Shown here: one piece after another, positions 1 through 8,085 of the stretch | Position numbering within the stretch: position 1 is the stretch's first letter | Layout: each line of letters begins with the position of its first letter | Source of the DNA: Hormoscilla sp. | GTDB taxonomy: Bacteria > Cyanobacteriota > Cyanobacteriia > Cyanobacteriales > Desertifilaceae | DNA: 19,223 nt | NCBI GenBank assembly: GCA_051439505.1 | Contig: JBFRWI010000039.1 | Span: 1 to 19,223, forward strand | Direction: 5' to 3' | The notes under the pieces: model-generated | What the model was told of the DNA's origin: nothing | The model's input: only the letters and a program-made list of their open reading frames with translations | Database searches by the model: none | Program-made: the position numbers and the translations under genes

Positions 1-53
1 CCCTTTCAACAGGTACTACCAAAATCAAACATTCAACAGATACTTCATGAAGA

Positions 54-223
54 GGCGTTGCACATTTTTGGGATGATAGCAGCCAATTGTTAAAATTTGG
101 CTTAGGCTAAAGGCGAATTGGAAAAGAGTAAAGCTATCTATTCATGACTACAAATGACTATCTAAATTAACCATTGACAATTAGCAATTAGCAGCCGGAA
201 TGCAAACGTCGTTGTGCAACGCC
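54..223. mobile_element. MITE-A, 170 bp non-autonomous element
   Basis: 11-bp terminal inverted repeats ggcgttgcaca (54-64) / tgtgcaacgcc (213-223) and a perfect 8-bp TSD catgaaga (46-53, 224-231). GGC termini with an 8-bp TSD suggest IS1/IS1595-type ends (inference). Contains short heptamer-like repeats (atgacta x2, attagca x2). Confidence 0.85.
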
Positions 224-281
224 CATGAAGAAAATGTCCGCTATCGCCAGCGAGTGTTTTCACCGCTCGTTACCTTCTGGA

Positions 282-404
282 GGATCTCCTGGGTTTATAG
301 TGTAAAATGTATACTACAATACAGTTTACACCCATAAAAAAGGCTGAAACCCTTAATTTTGCGTGGCTATAAGATTTACTTATCACCCAAAACCCAGGAG
401 ACCC
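282..404 (-). mobile_element. MITE-B copy 1, 123 bp
   Basis: TIRs ggatctcctgggttt / aaacccaggagaccc and a perfect 8-bp TSD cttctgga (274-281, 405-412). Its reverse complement aligns end to end with 1862-1983. GG termini with an 8-bp TSD suggest ISL3- or IS256-superfamily origin (inference). Confidence 0.9.
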
Positions 405-471
405 CTTCTGGATGTTTTTGATGCAGGTAATCGACTCAGATAAAAGTCTTCACAATGCGGTTAGTTGAGAT

Positions 472-1821
472 CTAATCTTTATTTTTTTTAGATAATAGCG
501 CTTTAATTCCCATACTTATCCTGACATTGATTAAGACATAAAGAAACCATACCAACTTTCCTTCAAACAGGCTACTGACCGTAATATTCGGGATAATCAT
601 CCAGGTCAAAATTATGAGCGGAAGTAATGATTCAGCAGCGCCACTACTAATCATATAACGAACGCTCATAGAAATTGTTATCAAGAAAGATGAAATAAAT
701 ATAATCAATCCCATGAGACCGAATTCTAAAAAAATCTCTAAAAAACCATTGTGAGCATGGGGTGGAACCCAGCCATTATCAGAAACAATACCATGAGCTG
801 GGTTATCTTCACCCCGCGATTCTTGCCAAAAACTGTGGGTGCCATGGCCAAAAAGTGGGCGTTCTAGCCCCCGTTCTATCATCTGTGGCCAAACTTTGGT
901 TCGTCCAGTTAATGTCGGATCTTTACCGAGAGATTCTAAAAGTTCGTTCCAATTTTCCAGAAGAATAAATGTTATCGAAGTACCCACCAGCATACAAACC
1001 AAGACACCAACGAAAGCCTGCCTGTAAGGCAATTTTTTCAAAATCTGCAGGCAGGCCACTAATACTAGCAAAATAATAATAACGATCAAACTTGTTGCTG
1101 AGTTAGTATTTTGTCTCACATAAAGTGAAAACAGTGCTATTCCAATTGCTAGTAAACGTTGTTTGGGGTAGAACATAGCATGAAATAACCACAAGGTTAT
1201 ATTTAATGATAATAATATCCCAAGTCTATTCGGGTGAGGCAAAACGCCTTGCCAGCCAATTTTGACAGTATTGATTGCAAAGGATGGTTTAGTTAATGCA
1301 TAAAATGCGCTCAAAAAGGATAATACCGTGGTACTCCATCGCAAAATACTGACGAGTTTTTGCCAACTATATCGCTGGGCAATATGAGCAGCAAAAATCG
1401 AAACTTGCAAAATCACTAGATTATGTTTCAGGGCGTAAATTGGGGTATCTGACCAAAGCGTAGACAAAAGGGAGAGTAAAAGAAAAAAGCCTAACAACAG
1501 GTTATTAAACAAAAGTAGGGAATTTTTGAATATCTGAAGGAACCAGTATCTTAATATTATGACAGAAACAGAATAATAACCCAAGTTCATTATAGCCTGG
1601 ATAGGTCCGAGATTTTTATTCAGTAATTGAACTGGTTGCAACTGAGATAGCGGATATAGTGTAATTTCTGATACTGCCATAAAAAAAATTATAGTAAATA
1701 GATAAATCATCTTATCCGCAAAATAACGGATATTGCTAATTTTAAAAATTAACATACTATAGATTACCAAACAACACATTATCGGTAATAGTATAACAGG
1801 TTCTAAGATTAATTCTTTCAT
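472..1821 (-). CDS. Wzy/O-antigen ligase family membrane protein (ExoQ-like polysaccharide polymerase)
   Basis: 449 aa with many TM segments. Motifs GWQGVLPHPNRLG, KDPTLTGRTKVW and HAHNGFLEIFLEFGLMG are typical of the Wzy_C/O-antigen ligase family. Adjacent to wza/wzc. Confidence 0.85.
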   Translation of the reverse strand: MKELILEPVILLPIMCCLVIYSMLIFKISNIRYFADKMIYLFTIIFFMAVSEITLYPLSQLQPVQLLNKNLGPIQAIMNLGYYSVSVIILRYWFLQIFKNSLLLFNNLLLGFFLLLSLLSTLWSDTPIYALKHNLVILQVSIFAAHIAQRYSWQKLVSILRWSTTVLSFLSAFYALTKPSFAINTVKIGWQGVLPHPNRLGILLSLNITLWLFHAMFYPKQRLLAIGIALFSLYVRQNTNSATSLIVIIILLVLVACLQILKKLPYRQAFVGVLVCMLVGTSITFILLENWNELLESLGKDPTLTGRTKVWPQMIERGLERPLFGHGTHSFWQESRGEDNPAHGIVSDNGWVPPHAHNGFLEIFLEFGLMGLIIFISSFLITISMSVRYMISSGAAESLLPLIILTWMIIPNITVSSLFEGKLVWFLYVLINVRISMGIKALLSKKNKD

Positions 1822-1861
1822 TTTTAAGCGAATGATAATGTCAACATGAATTATGTTGATA

Positions 1862-1983
1862 GGGTCTCCTGGGTTTTGGGTGATAAGTAAATCTTATAGC
1901 CACGCCAAATAAAGGTTTCAGCCTTTTTTTGGGCGATCGAATGTATTGTGGTATACATTTGACACTATAAACCCAGGAGAGCC
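1862..1983 (+). mobile_element. MITE-B copy 2, 122 bp, in the divergent wzy/wza intergenic region
   Basis: TIRs gggtctcctgggttt / aaacccaggagagcc and a perfect 8-bp TSD tgttgata (1854-1861, 1984-1991). Inverted relative to 282-404. Confidence 0.9.
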
Positions 1984-2061
1984 TGTTGATATTAATGAGG
2001 ATAACTATGGCGGTCAAAAAACTATGCTAGCATATTAAACAGTAAGTCGATCGCAAAAATT

Positions 2062-3579
2062 ATGTCACGTAGCTTCCCTGTCTGTCTGAAGAAAATAAGA
2101 ACGGCTACGATGCTCATCCTCTGTACTTTACTGGCGATGAAAAGCACATTGCCTACCCAGGCACAACCGCTCATTATGGCCCCGGAGCCAGCAGTACCGG
2201 ATGTCACGTCCGGGGAACAGCCAGCACCAGGAGAACCGAAACTTAGCCCCCAATCACAGTCCTACAGATTAGGAGTAGGCGATCGCATCCACATTGACAT
2301 CTTTGACTCCCCTGAATATAGTGGAGAATACTCAATTGGCCCAGAAGGGGTTTTGCGCTTACCCCTAGTTCCACCCATATCGGCACTGCATCTAACAATA
2401 GAACAGTTGTCGGATGAAATTACAAAGCAATATAATTCTATATTAAAACGCCCTTTTGTCAGAGTGACGATCATCAGGCCTCGTTCACTGACCATAGGTG
2501 TCACCGGTGAAGTGGATATTCCTGGAGTTTACGCAATAGCGCCAGAAATTGGCAGAACAACTAGACTCCGATACCCAACTGTAACGGAGGTGATTTCCTC
2601 AGCAGGAGGAATCACCCTAGCGGCAGATATACGTCGTGTTCAGGTACGCCGACAGTCAGGTAAAAATCAAGAACAAGTCATTATTCTAGATCTTTGGAGA
2701 TTCTTGCAGCAGGGTACTGGTAGCATTCCAGATATTAATCTTCGAGATGGAGACATAGTTTTTGTACCTACTATAACCACCATTAACCTGGAAGAAGTAC
2801 CCCTGTTGGCAACTTCTAGTTTTGCGATCCCAGCAGCAAAACCCCGTAATATTACAGTAGTCGGGGAAGTAAACAAACCAGGATCCTATGTCACCATCGG
2901 AGGACCTACACGCTCATCGAACACACCAGGCGGACTACCCACTGTGACCTGGGCAATTAGGACAGCTGGGGGAATTACACAATTAGCTGATATTCGTAGC
3001 ATCCAGATCCAGCGGTCTACAAAGACGGGAACAGAGCAAATGATTGAGATTGACCTCTGGCAATTCTTGCAGACGGGCGATCTTACCCAAGACACGGTGG
3101 TGCAAGATGGAGATCGGATTATTGTTCCCACTGCTACTGAAATTAACCTGGCACAAGCCGTTCAGTTAGGAAGGGCTAGCTTTTCCCCTGACAGTATTAT
3201 AGTTTATGTCATCGGCGAAAGGCCACCAGGATCTGTTAGGGAAATAAGAGTCCCCCCTAATACCCCCTTGAATGAAGCTCTGCTGGCGGCTGGTGGATTC
3301 ATTGACAGGAGAGTCAGTCAGAGTTCTGTTGGTCTAATTCGCCTCAAGGATGATGGCACCACGTCTTTTCGTCAAATCCCTATCGAACTGGCAGCTGGAG
3401 TTAATCAGGAAACCAATCCGCTGCTGACCAATAATGACGTTATCATAGTTAGCCGCTCGGGTCTAGCCCGGCTTCTGGATATAAGTGATGCGGTAGGACG
3501 TGTATTAAACCCTGTTAACTCTCTGCGCTCGCTCGTCGGCATTTTTGATATCCTAGGAATTATCAACAACCAGGAATAG
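2062..3579 (+). CDS. wza: Polysaccharide export protein, Wza/OPX family with SLBB repeats
   Basis: Poly_export motif YRLGVGDRIHIDIFDSPEYSGEY and repeated SLBB units (VTGEV..PG, AGGIT..ADIR, L.DGD.VFVP). Directly upstream of wzc. Exact start uncertain (ATG 2062 or 2110). Confidence 0.88.
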   Translation: MSRSFPVCLKKIRTATMLILCTLLAMKSTLPTQAQPLIMAPEPAVPDVTSGEQPAPGEPKLSPQSQSYRLGVGDRIHIDIFDSPEYSGEYSIGPEGVLRLPLVPPISALHLTIEQLSDEITKQYNSILKRPFVRVTIIRPRSLTIGVTGEVDIPGVYAIAPEIGRTTRLRYPTVTEVISSAGGITLAADIRRVQVRRQSGKNQEQVIILDLWRFLQQGTGSIPDINLRDGDIVFVPTITTINLEEVPLLATSSFAIPAAKPRNITVVGEVNKPGSYVTIGGPTRSSNTPGGLPTVTWAIRTAGGITQLADIRSIQIQRSTKTGTEQMIEIDLWQFLQTGDLTQDTVVQDGDRIIVPTATEINLAQAVQLGRASFSPDSIIVYVIGERPPGSVREIRVPPNTPLNEALLAAGGFIDRRVSQSSVGLIRLKDDGTTSFRQIPIELAAGVNQETNPLLTNNDVIIVSRSGLARLLDISDAVGRVLNPVNSLRSLVGIFDILGIINNQE

Positions 3580-3604
3580 TGATTAGGACGTAACAGCTGT
3601 ACTC

Positions 3605-5869
3605 ATGAATAGCAAGCATGATTTTAACTCTGTTCCCAGGTTGAATGGGGATGGCCATAAGTTTCAAGATAATTACCAGCCTGAGTCGAACAACAGTAGC
3701 GATGAACAAAGTTTGGATCTGGGCTGGGTGTTTGGGGTTTTTCTTCGCCGGTTCCCAATAATGGTGGTTGTGGCATTGGCGGTCACCGCGATTGGCGGTA
3801 TTTCCATTGTTAAGCAATCCCGTAAGATTGTGCCAGTATATCAAGGTTCATTTCGGCTTTTAGTTGAGCCAGTCACTGCTGAATCCCGAGTTGCTCGGTT
3901 ATCCTTGCTCTCTCAAAGCTCAGAGGAAGTTGTCAAACAGGGTCATTTTAACATCAGCTTGGTGGATTACGAGAGTCTGATTAGAGTATTAAAGAGTCCT
4001 CATCTGATGGCTCCAATAATAACGCAGATAAACGAGCGTTATCCAAACATGAGTTATAACTCATTAATCAGTAAATTAAAAGTGATTCGCGTGAGTTATG
4101 AAAAAGATGCTAAAACTGAAGGGACTTCAATTCTAAGGGTTGGTTATGAAAGTTCCGAACCCGCAAAAATTCAGTTTGTTTTGGATACTATAGCCAAAGA
4201 GTATATTGAACACAGTATCCGAGAGCGCCGTGCTAGCATCAAGCAAGGGATTGAGTTTATTGAATCTCAACTCCCTGAAAAGGAACGGCGAGTTGAAGAT
4301 CTGCGAAGCAGGATTCAAAAGTTGCGGGAAGAATACAACCTGATAGATTCTAATTATCAAAGTCTCCACATGTCGATCGCCCATCGTCAGCTCCAGGATA
4401 AGCTAACCGATCTGGAAGCAGATCTCCGTGAAAATCAAATTATCTACCAGACTCTGCAACAACAGTTCAAACGAGGCAATTTTGTGTTAATCTTGAATAG
4501 CGCTCCCAACGCCTATAGTACCTTACTCAAGAATTATCAGGAAATAGAAACCCAGATTTCTGTCGCCTCTGCCCGCTTGCGTGAAGATAGTCTCCCGATG
4601 CAGTCTTTACGTGAAAAGCAGCAAAATATGCGGACCCAATTGCGTCAAGAAGCATTTGGTGTTGTCTCAAAGGTTGGCGACCAAATTAAAGCTCTAGAGT
4701 CTCGCCAACAAATACTGAACGCGGCGGAAAATCGTCTCAATCAACAAATTCAACAATGGCCTTATGTGACCCGCCAATATGATGATTTACAACGGGAATT
4801 AGAATTTGCTACTGATAGATACAAGGAGTTTTTAGCAAAGCTTGAATCCTTGCGCATAGATGATGCTCAAATCCAAGTACCTTGGCAGATAATAGATCCA
4901 CCCTCTGTCAAGAGAGATGCTGGCGGCAAACCCATATCTAGTGCGGTCAATAAAAGTCGCAAACAGCTAGTTTTATTGGTGGTTGTAAGCACGCTATTGA
5001 GTGTCGGGGTTGGTTTTTTCGTCGAAATTATGATCGCAGTCTTCCACTCACCTGAAGAGGTTAAAGCGGCAACAAAACTGCAACTGCTCGGAGCGATTCC
5101 TTTTGCCAAGCAATTCCAGAAAATTGAGAAAAAACGCAAAAGACTTTCTCGCAAGACTCTCAAACTAGAAGATTTACCTCAGCCTGAGTTGAGTGCCTCC
5201 TTTTTAGAGGCTTTCCGCTCTCTGTACACCAATATTCGTTTGCTCGGTTCTAAGAACAAACCAATCCGTTCTTTGGCGATCGGTTCTCCTGGTCCTAGAG
5301 ATGGCAAATCGACAATTGCGGTCCAGCTTGCCCAGACAGCAGCTGCAATAGGTCAGCGGGTGTTGCTGGTGGATGCTGATTTGCGTCATCCTCGGCTGCA
5401 TCGCCAGCTGGGTGTCCCTAATTTGCGGGGACTTAGCGATGCAGTGAAGAGTGATTCAAGTTTGAATGAACTCATCCAGCAATCGACCTTGGACAAAAAC
5501 CTGTTTTTCTTGAGTGCAGGGCAAGTTACGCCTGACCCCATTAAGCTGCTCTCATCGCCAAAAATGCAATATCTGATGGAGCAATTTCAAAGTTTTTTCG
5601 ACTTGGTCATCTATAATACGCCTCCTCTCGTAGGTTTGGCAGATGGTAACTTGATCGCTGCTCTTGCTGATGGGATTATCTTGGTAGTGCGAATAGACAA
5701 GACAGACCGTTCCTTGGTGAACAAAGCCTTAGAGGAATTAAAAATTTCTCGTGCTGTAATTTTAGGTGTTGTTGTCAATGGAGTTAAGGGAGCCGTTTCT
5801 AACTCCATTGCTGCCTATCAACGCAACCCTTACAAGTCGCCAGAGCTTGACAGCGAAACAGTTCTTTAG
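3605..5869 (+). CDS. wzc: Polysaccharide co-polymerase / BY-kinase, Wzc (GumC) family
   Basis: Two TM segments flank a coiled-coil periplasmic region. The C-terminal domain has EAFRSLYTNI, Walker A GPRDGKST, A' VDADLRHP and a variant Walker B LVIYNTPP. Confidence 0.9.
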   Translation: MNSKHDFNSVPRLNGDGHKFQDNYQPESNNSSDEQSLDLGWVFGVFLRRFPIMVVVALAVTAIGGISIVKQSRKIVPVYQGSFRLLVEPVTAESRVARLSLLSQSSEEVVKQGHFNISLVDYESLIRVLKSPHLMAPIITQINERYPNMSYNSLISKLKVIRVSYEKDAKTEGTSILRVGYESSEPAKIQFVLDTIAKEYIEHSIRERRASIKQGIEFIESQLPEKERRVEDLRSRIQKLREEYNLIDSNYQSLHMSIAHRQLQDKLTDLEADLRENQIIYQTLQQQFKRGNFVLILNSAPNAYSTLLKNYQEIETQISVASARLREDSLPMQSLREKQQNMRTQLRQEAFGVVSKVGDQIKALESRQQILNAAENRLNQQIQQWPYVTRQYDDLQRELEFATDRYKEFLAKLESLRIDDAQIQVPWQIIDPPSVKRDAGGKPISSAVNKSRKQLVLLVVVSTLLSVGVGFFVEIMIAVFHSPEEVKAATKLQLLGAIPFAKQFQKIEKKRKRLSRKTLKLEDLPQPELSASFLEAFRSLYTNIRLLGSKNKPIRSLAIGSPGPRDGKSTIAVQLAQTAAAIGQRVLLVDADLRHPRLHRQLGVPNLRGLSDAVKSDSSLNELIQQSTLDKNLFFLSAGQVTPDPIKLLSSPKMQYLMEQFQSFFDLVIYNTPPLVGLADGNLIAALADGIILVVRIDKTDRSLVNKALEELKISRAVILGVVVNGVKGAVSNSIAAYQRNPYKSPELDSETVL

Positions 5870-6006
5870 AGAACATGTTATATTGTCCTCTTAAAAAATG
5901 CCGATCGAGAGAGGGGTGTAATGTCATATCACTACATGTTTATTACCACCTGGAATATGACGATATCTCTGGAAACTCTTGCAAGCAAGCGATTTCAGTC
6001 CAGACT

Positions 6007-7218
6007 TCATCTTTCCCTGACATCTGTCACTCGCCAACTGAGTTTTAAGTTGAACCAGAAATTCCAGACAGTCACAGCTGCGATCGCAATTCCTACCGCC
6101 AGATATTCATTCACTCTGAAAACGTTAAACAACAAATTTACAAGCAAAACATTCAAAAATAGTCCGGAAAGACAAATAATATTAAATTTAAGCAGCCGTT
6201 TGTAGCGTCTGCGCCACCCCTGTTGCCCGCGAGAAATATCCCTAAAAGTCCATAAGTCATTCCAGAGGAAATTATTAACAATTGCCGCTTCCCCAGCAAT
6301 GACTGCACTGCTAGTTAGCCCCAACCCTACCTGTTCCCGCAGTAGGTACAGCACTGCCATATTCACAAATACGCCGCTAAAACCGACAATCCCAAACCGG
6401 ATAAATCTACCAATTGGCCATAGAGAAAGGCGCAACCTTAACAAGTGTTGGAGATATTCTACATACTGTTTCCAGGTGACCTTACTATTCCCGACTTGAC
6501 GCTCTTGAAAAACATAGCCAACCTCAGAATGAGAGCGGATATTTCCCCGTGCGAGTACCTCAATCAAAATCTTGTAACCCAAGGGATTCAGATTGTGACC
6601 CACAAGACAACTGCGGCGCACTAAAAAATAGCCACTCATAGGGTCATGTACACGACCAATCACCTCTGGGAGCAGAATTAGCCCCAGCATTTGAGCCCCA
6701 CGGGAGCAAAACCGCCGCAGAAAACTCCATTCACTCACCCCCCCTCCTTCTACATGACGACTGCCAACTGCTAAATCTGCACCTCTTTCCATCTCCTGCC
6801 AAAGCTGCAATAAGGTAGAGGGTGGATGTTGTAAGTCAGCATCAATAACACCTAATACTTCTGCTTGGGCCACCTGCCAACCGCGAATTATTGCAGTTGA
6901 GAGTCCTCGTTCCCCAACTCTACGCATTACCCGCAGTTGGGGATAGTTGAGCGTTAATTCTTGAGCGATTTTCCAGGTGCGATCGGGGCTATCATCATCT
7001 ACTACAATCAATTCATATTCTTCTGGGATTACTCCATCTAGCAATACACTCAAAAGCTTGACAATTTCACAGATGTTTTGACTTTCGTTATAAGTAGGAA
7101 TCACTAGGGAAAACTTCGGTACTGGGCTGCCGGCAGATGACAGTCGCTGTGGAAGCTCAGGAATTCTTAAACAACCAGATGGAACTGGTAATAAGGAATC
7201 TGCTTGACCAAAACTCAT
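6007..7218 (-). CDS. GT2 polyprenol-phosphate glycosyltransferase (DPM1/GtrB-like) fused to a GtrA-like membrane domain
   Basis: SLVIPTYNE, VVDDDSPDRT, DADLQHPP and DPMSGYF motifs, then a 4-TM GtrA-like C-terminus (RFGIVGFSGVFVN...NNFLWNDLWTF...WNFWFN). Confidence 0.88.
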   Translation of the reverse strand: MSFGQADSLLPVPSGCLRIPELPQRLSSAGSPVPKFSLVIPTYNESQNICEIVKLLSVLLDGVIPEEYELIVVDDDSPDRTWKIAQELTLNYPQLRVMRRVGERGLSTAIIRGWQVAQAEVLGVIDADLQHPPSTLLQLWQEMERGADLAVGSRHVEGGGVSEWSFLRRFCSRGAQMLGLILLPEVIGRVHDPMSGYFLVRRSCLVGHNLNPLGYKILIEVLARGNIRSHSEVGYVFQERQVGNSKVTWKQYVEYLQHLLRLRLSLWPIGRFIRFGIVGFSGVFVNMAVLYLLREQVGLGLTSSAVIAGEAAIVNNFLWNDLWTFRDISRGQQGWRRRYKRLLKFNIICLSGLFLNVLLVNLLFNVFRVNEYLAVGIAIAAVTVWNFWFNLKLSWRVTDVRER

Positions 7219-7279
7219 TTCCTACTTTTTTGTTATGCTAAAGTTCTCTCTGAGGAAATTGACTTCAAGTCTTTAGTAG

Positions 7280-7424
7280 CAGGGTCAGCGCAATAAGCAA
7301 TAAAGCCTAGGCATTCTCAATTATTGCTAATTACTGCCATAACATTGAGCAATATAGCTTGGCTATTGCGATTTATCGTTGCTCAATACCAAATTTTAGC
7401 AAAAATTTTCTTGCGCTTGCCTTG
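7280..7424. mobile_element. MITE-C, 145 bp
   Basis: Imperfect 17-bp TIRs: cagggtcagcgcaataa vs reverse complement of right end caaggcaagcgcaagaa (13/17). 11-bp TSD with one mismatch: gtctttagtag (7269-7279) / gtcttaagtag (7425-7435). A CAGGG terminus with a ~10-bp TSD suggests ISAs1-type origin (inference). Internal IR attgagcaa/ttgctcaat. Confidence 0.75.
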
Positions 7425-7631
7425 GTCTTAAGTAGCGAGGCCAAATTTATTTTATATGAGATAATTGATATACAAGCGCTTGAGTGGGAAACTCTCTGAG
7501 AGTTACACCCTCCACCTCTGTAGCCATATTTTTAATATTATCTTCCCCCATCAGGCGATCGCCCTATCATGTATATTGCTTATCTAGGTACATATTTTAT
7601 AGGAAAAATATAACAATGCCATCATATCTTA

Positions 7632-7720
7632 TACCATTTTTTTAAGGTCTGATAGACTTAAAGCGCCATAACCCTTGATTTTGCGTTATTTATCTCTTCC
7701 ACCACTTTAATAAATTGGTA
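7632..7720. mobile_element. MITE-D-like 89-bp element
   Basis: Imperfect TIRs taccatttttttaag / ctttaataaattggta, flanked by tta on both sides (7629-7631, 7721-7723). The short TSD makes this call weaker. Confidence 0.5.
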
Positions 7721-8085
7721 TTACCCATAGCCCCCATATGTATGGTGGGCAGTGCCCACAGATCGCTATATCTAGCCTCTGACTTGACAATTGGCGTCAT
7801 TCATAGCCATATTTAGTCAGGTAATGGGGCTATTTGATTTTCAAATCTGCGGGTAATTTATGGTTAAACAAGCAAACCTATTTATAATTATTAACTATAA
7901 ATATCACCTTTGCACAATTATGTGATGATAGGGGTTGTTGATGAGCGATTGTTTATAGTCATTAATGTCTTTATATGGATATATTTATGATATAGCCCTA
8001 CGCGCATTCGTATAAGCAATTATAAATTCGCAAAAATTACCAATTTATAGCTATTAATGCAATGACAGCTTAAGGCTTATTTTTG

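Larger units (their letters stand above)
1..468 (+). pseudogene. IS4-family transposase N-terminal relic, interrupted by two MITEs and ending at a premature stop
   Basis: Removing 54-223 and 282-404, each with one TSD copy, restores one frame: PFQQVLPKSNIQQILHEENVRYRQRVFSPLVTFWMFLMQVIDSDKSLHNAVS*(TGA 466-468). This resembles the N-terminus of cyanobacterial IS4 transposases as I recall it (LPF..LP...I...L.E..V.YR.R.F.P.VTLW.FL.QVLD.DKS..NAVSR). It begins upstream of the window. Confidence 0.8.

Noticed and set aside
282..1983. Composite transposon that delivered the wzy-like gene
   Set aside because: Each MITE copy has its own matching 8-bp TSD and the outer flanks differ (cttctgga vs tgttgata), indicating two independent insertions.
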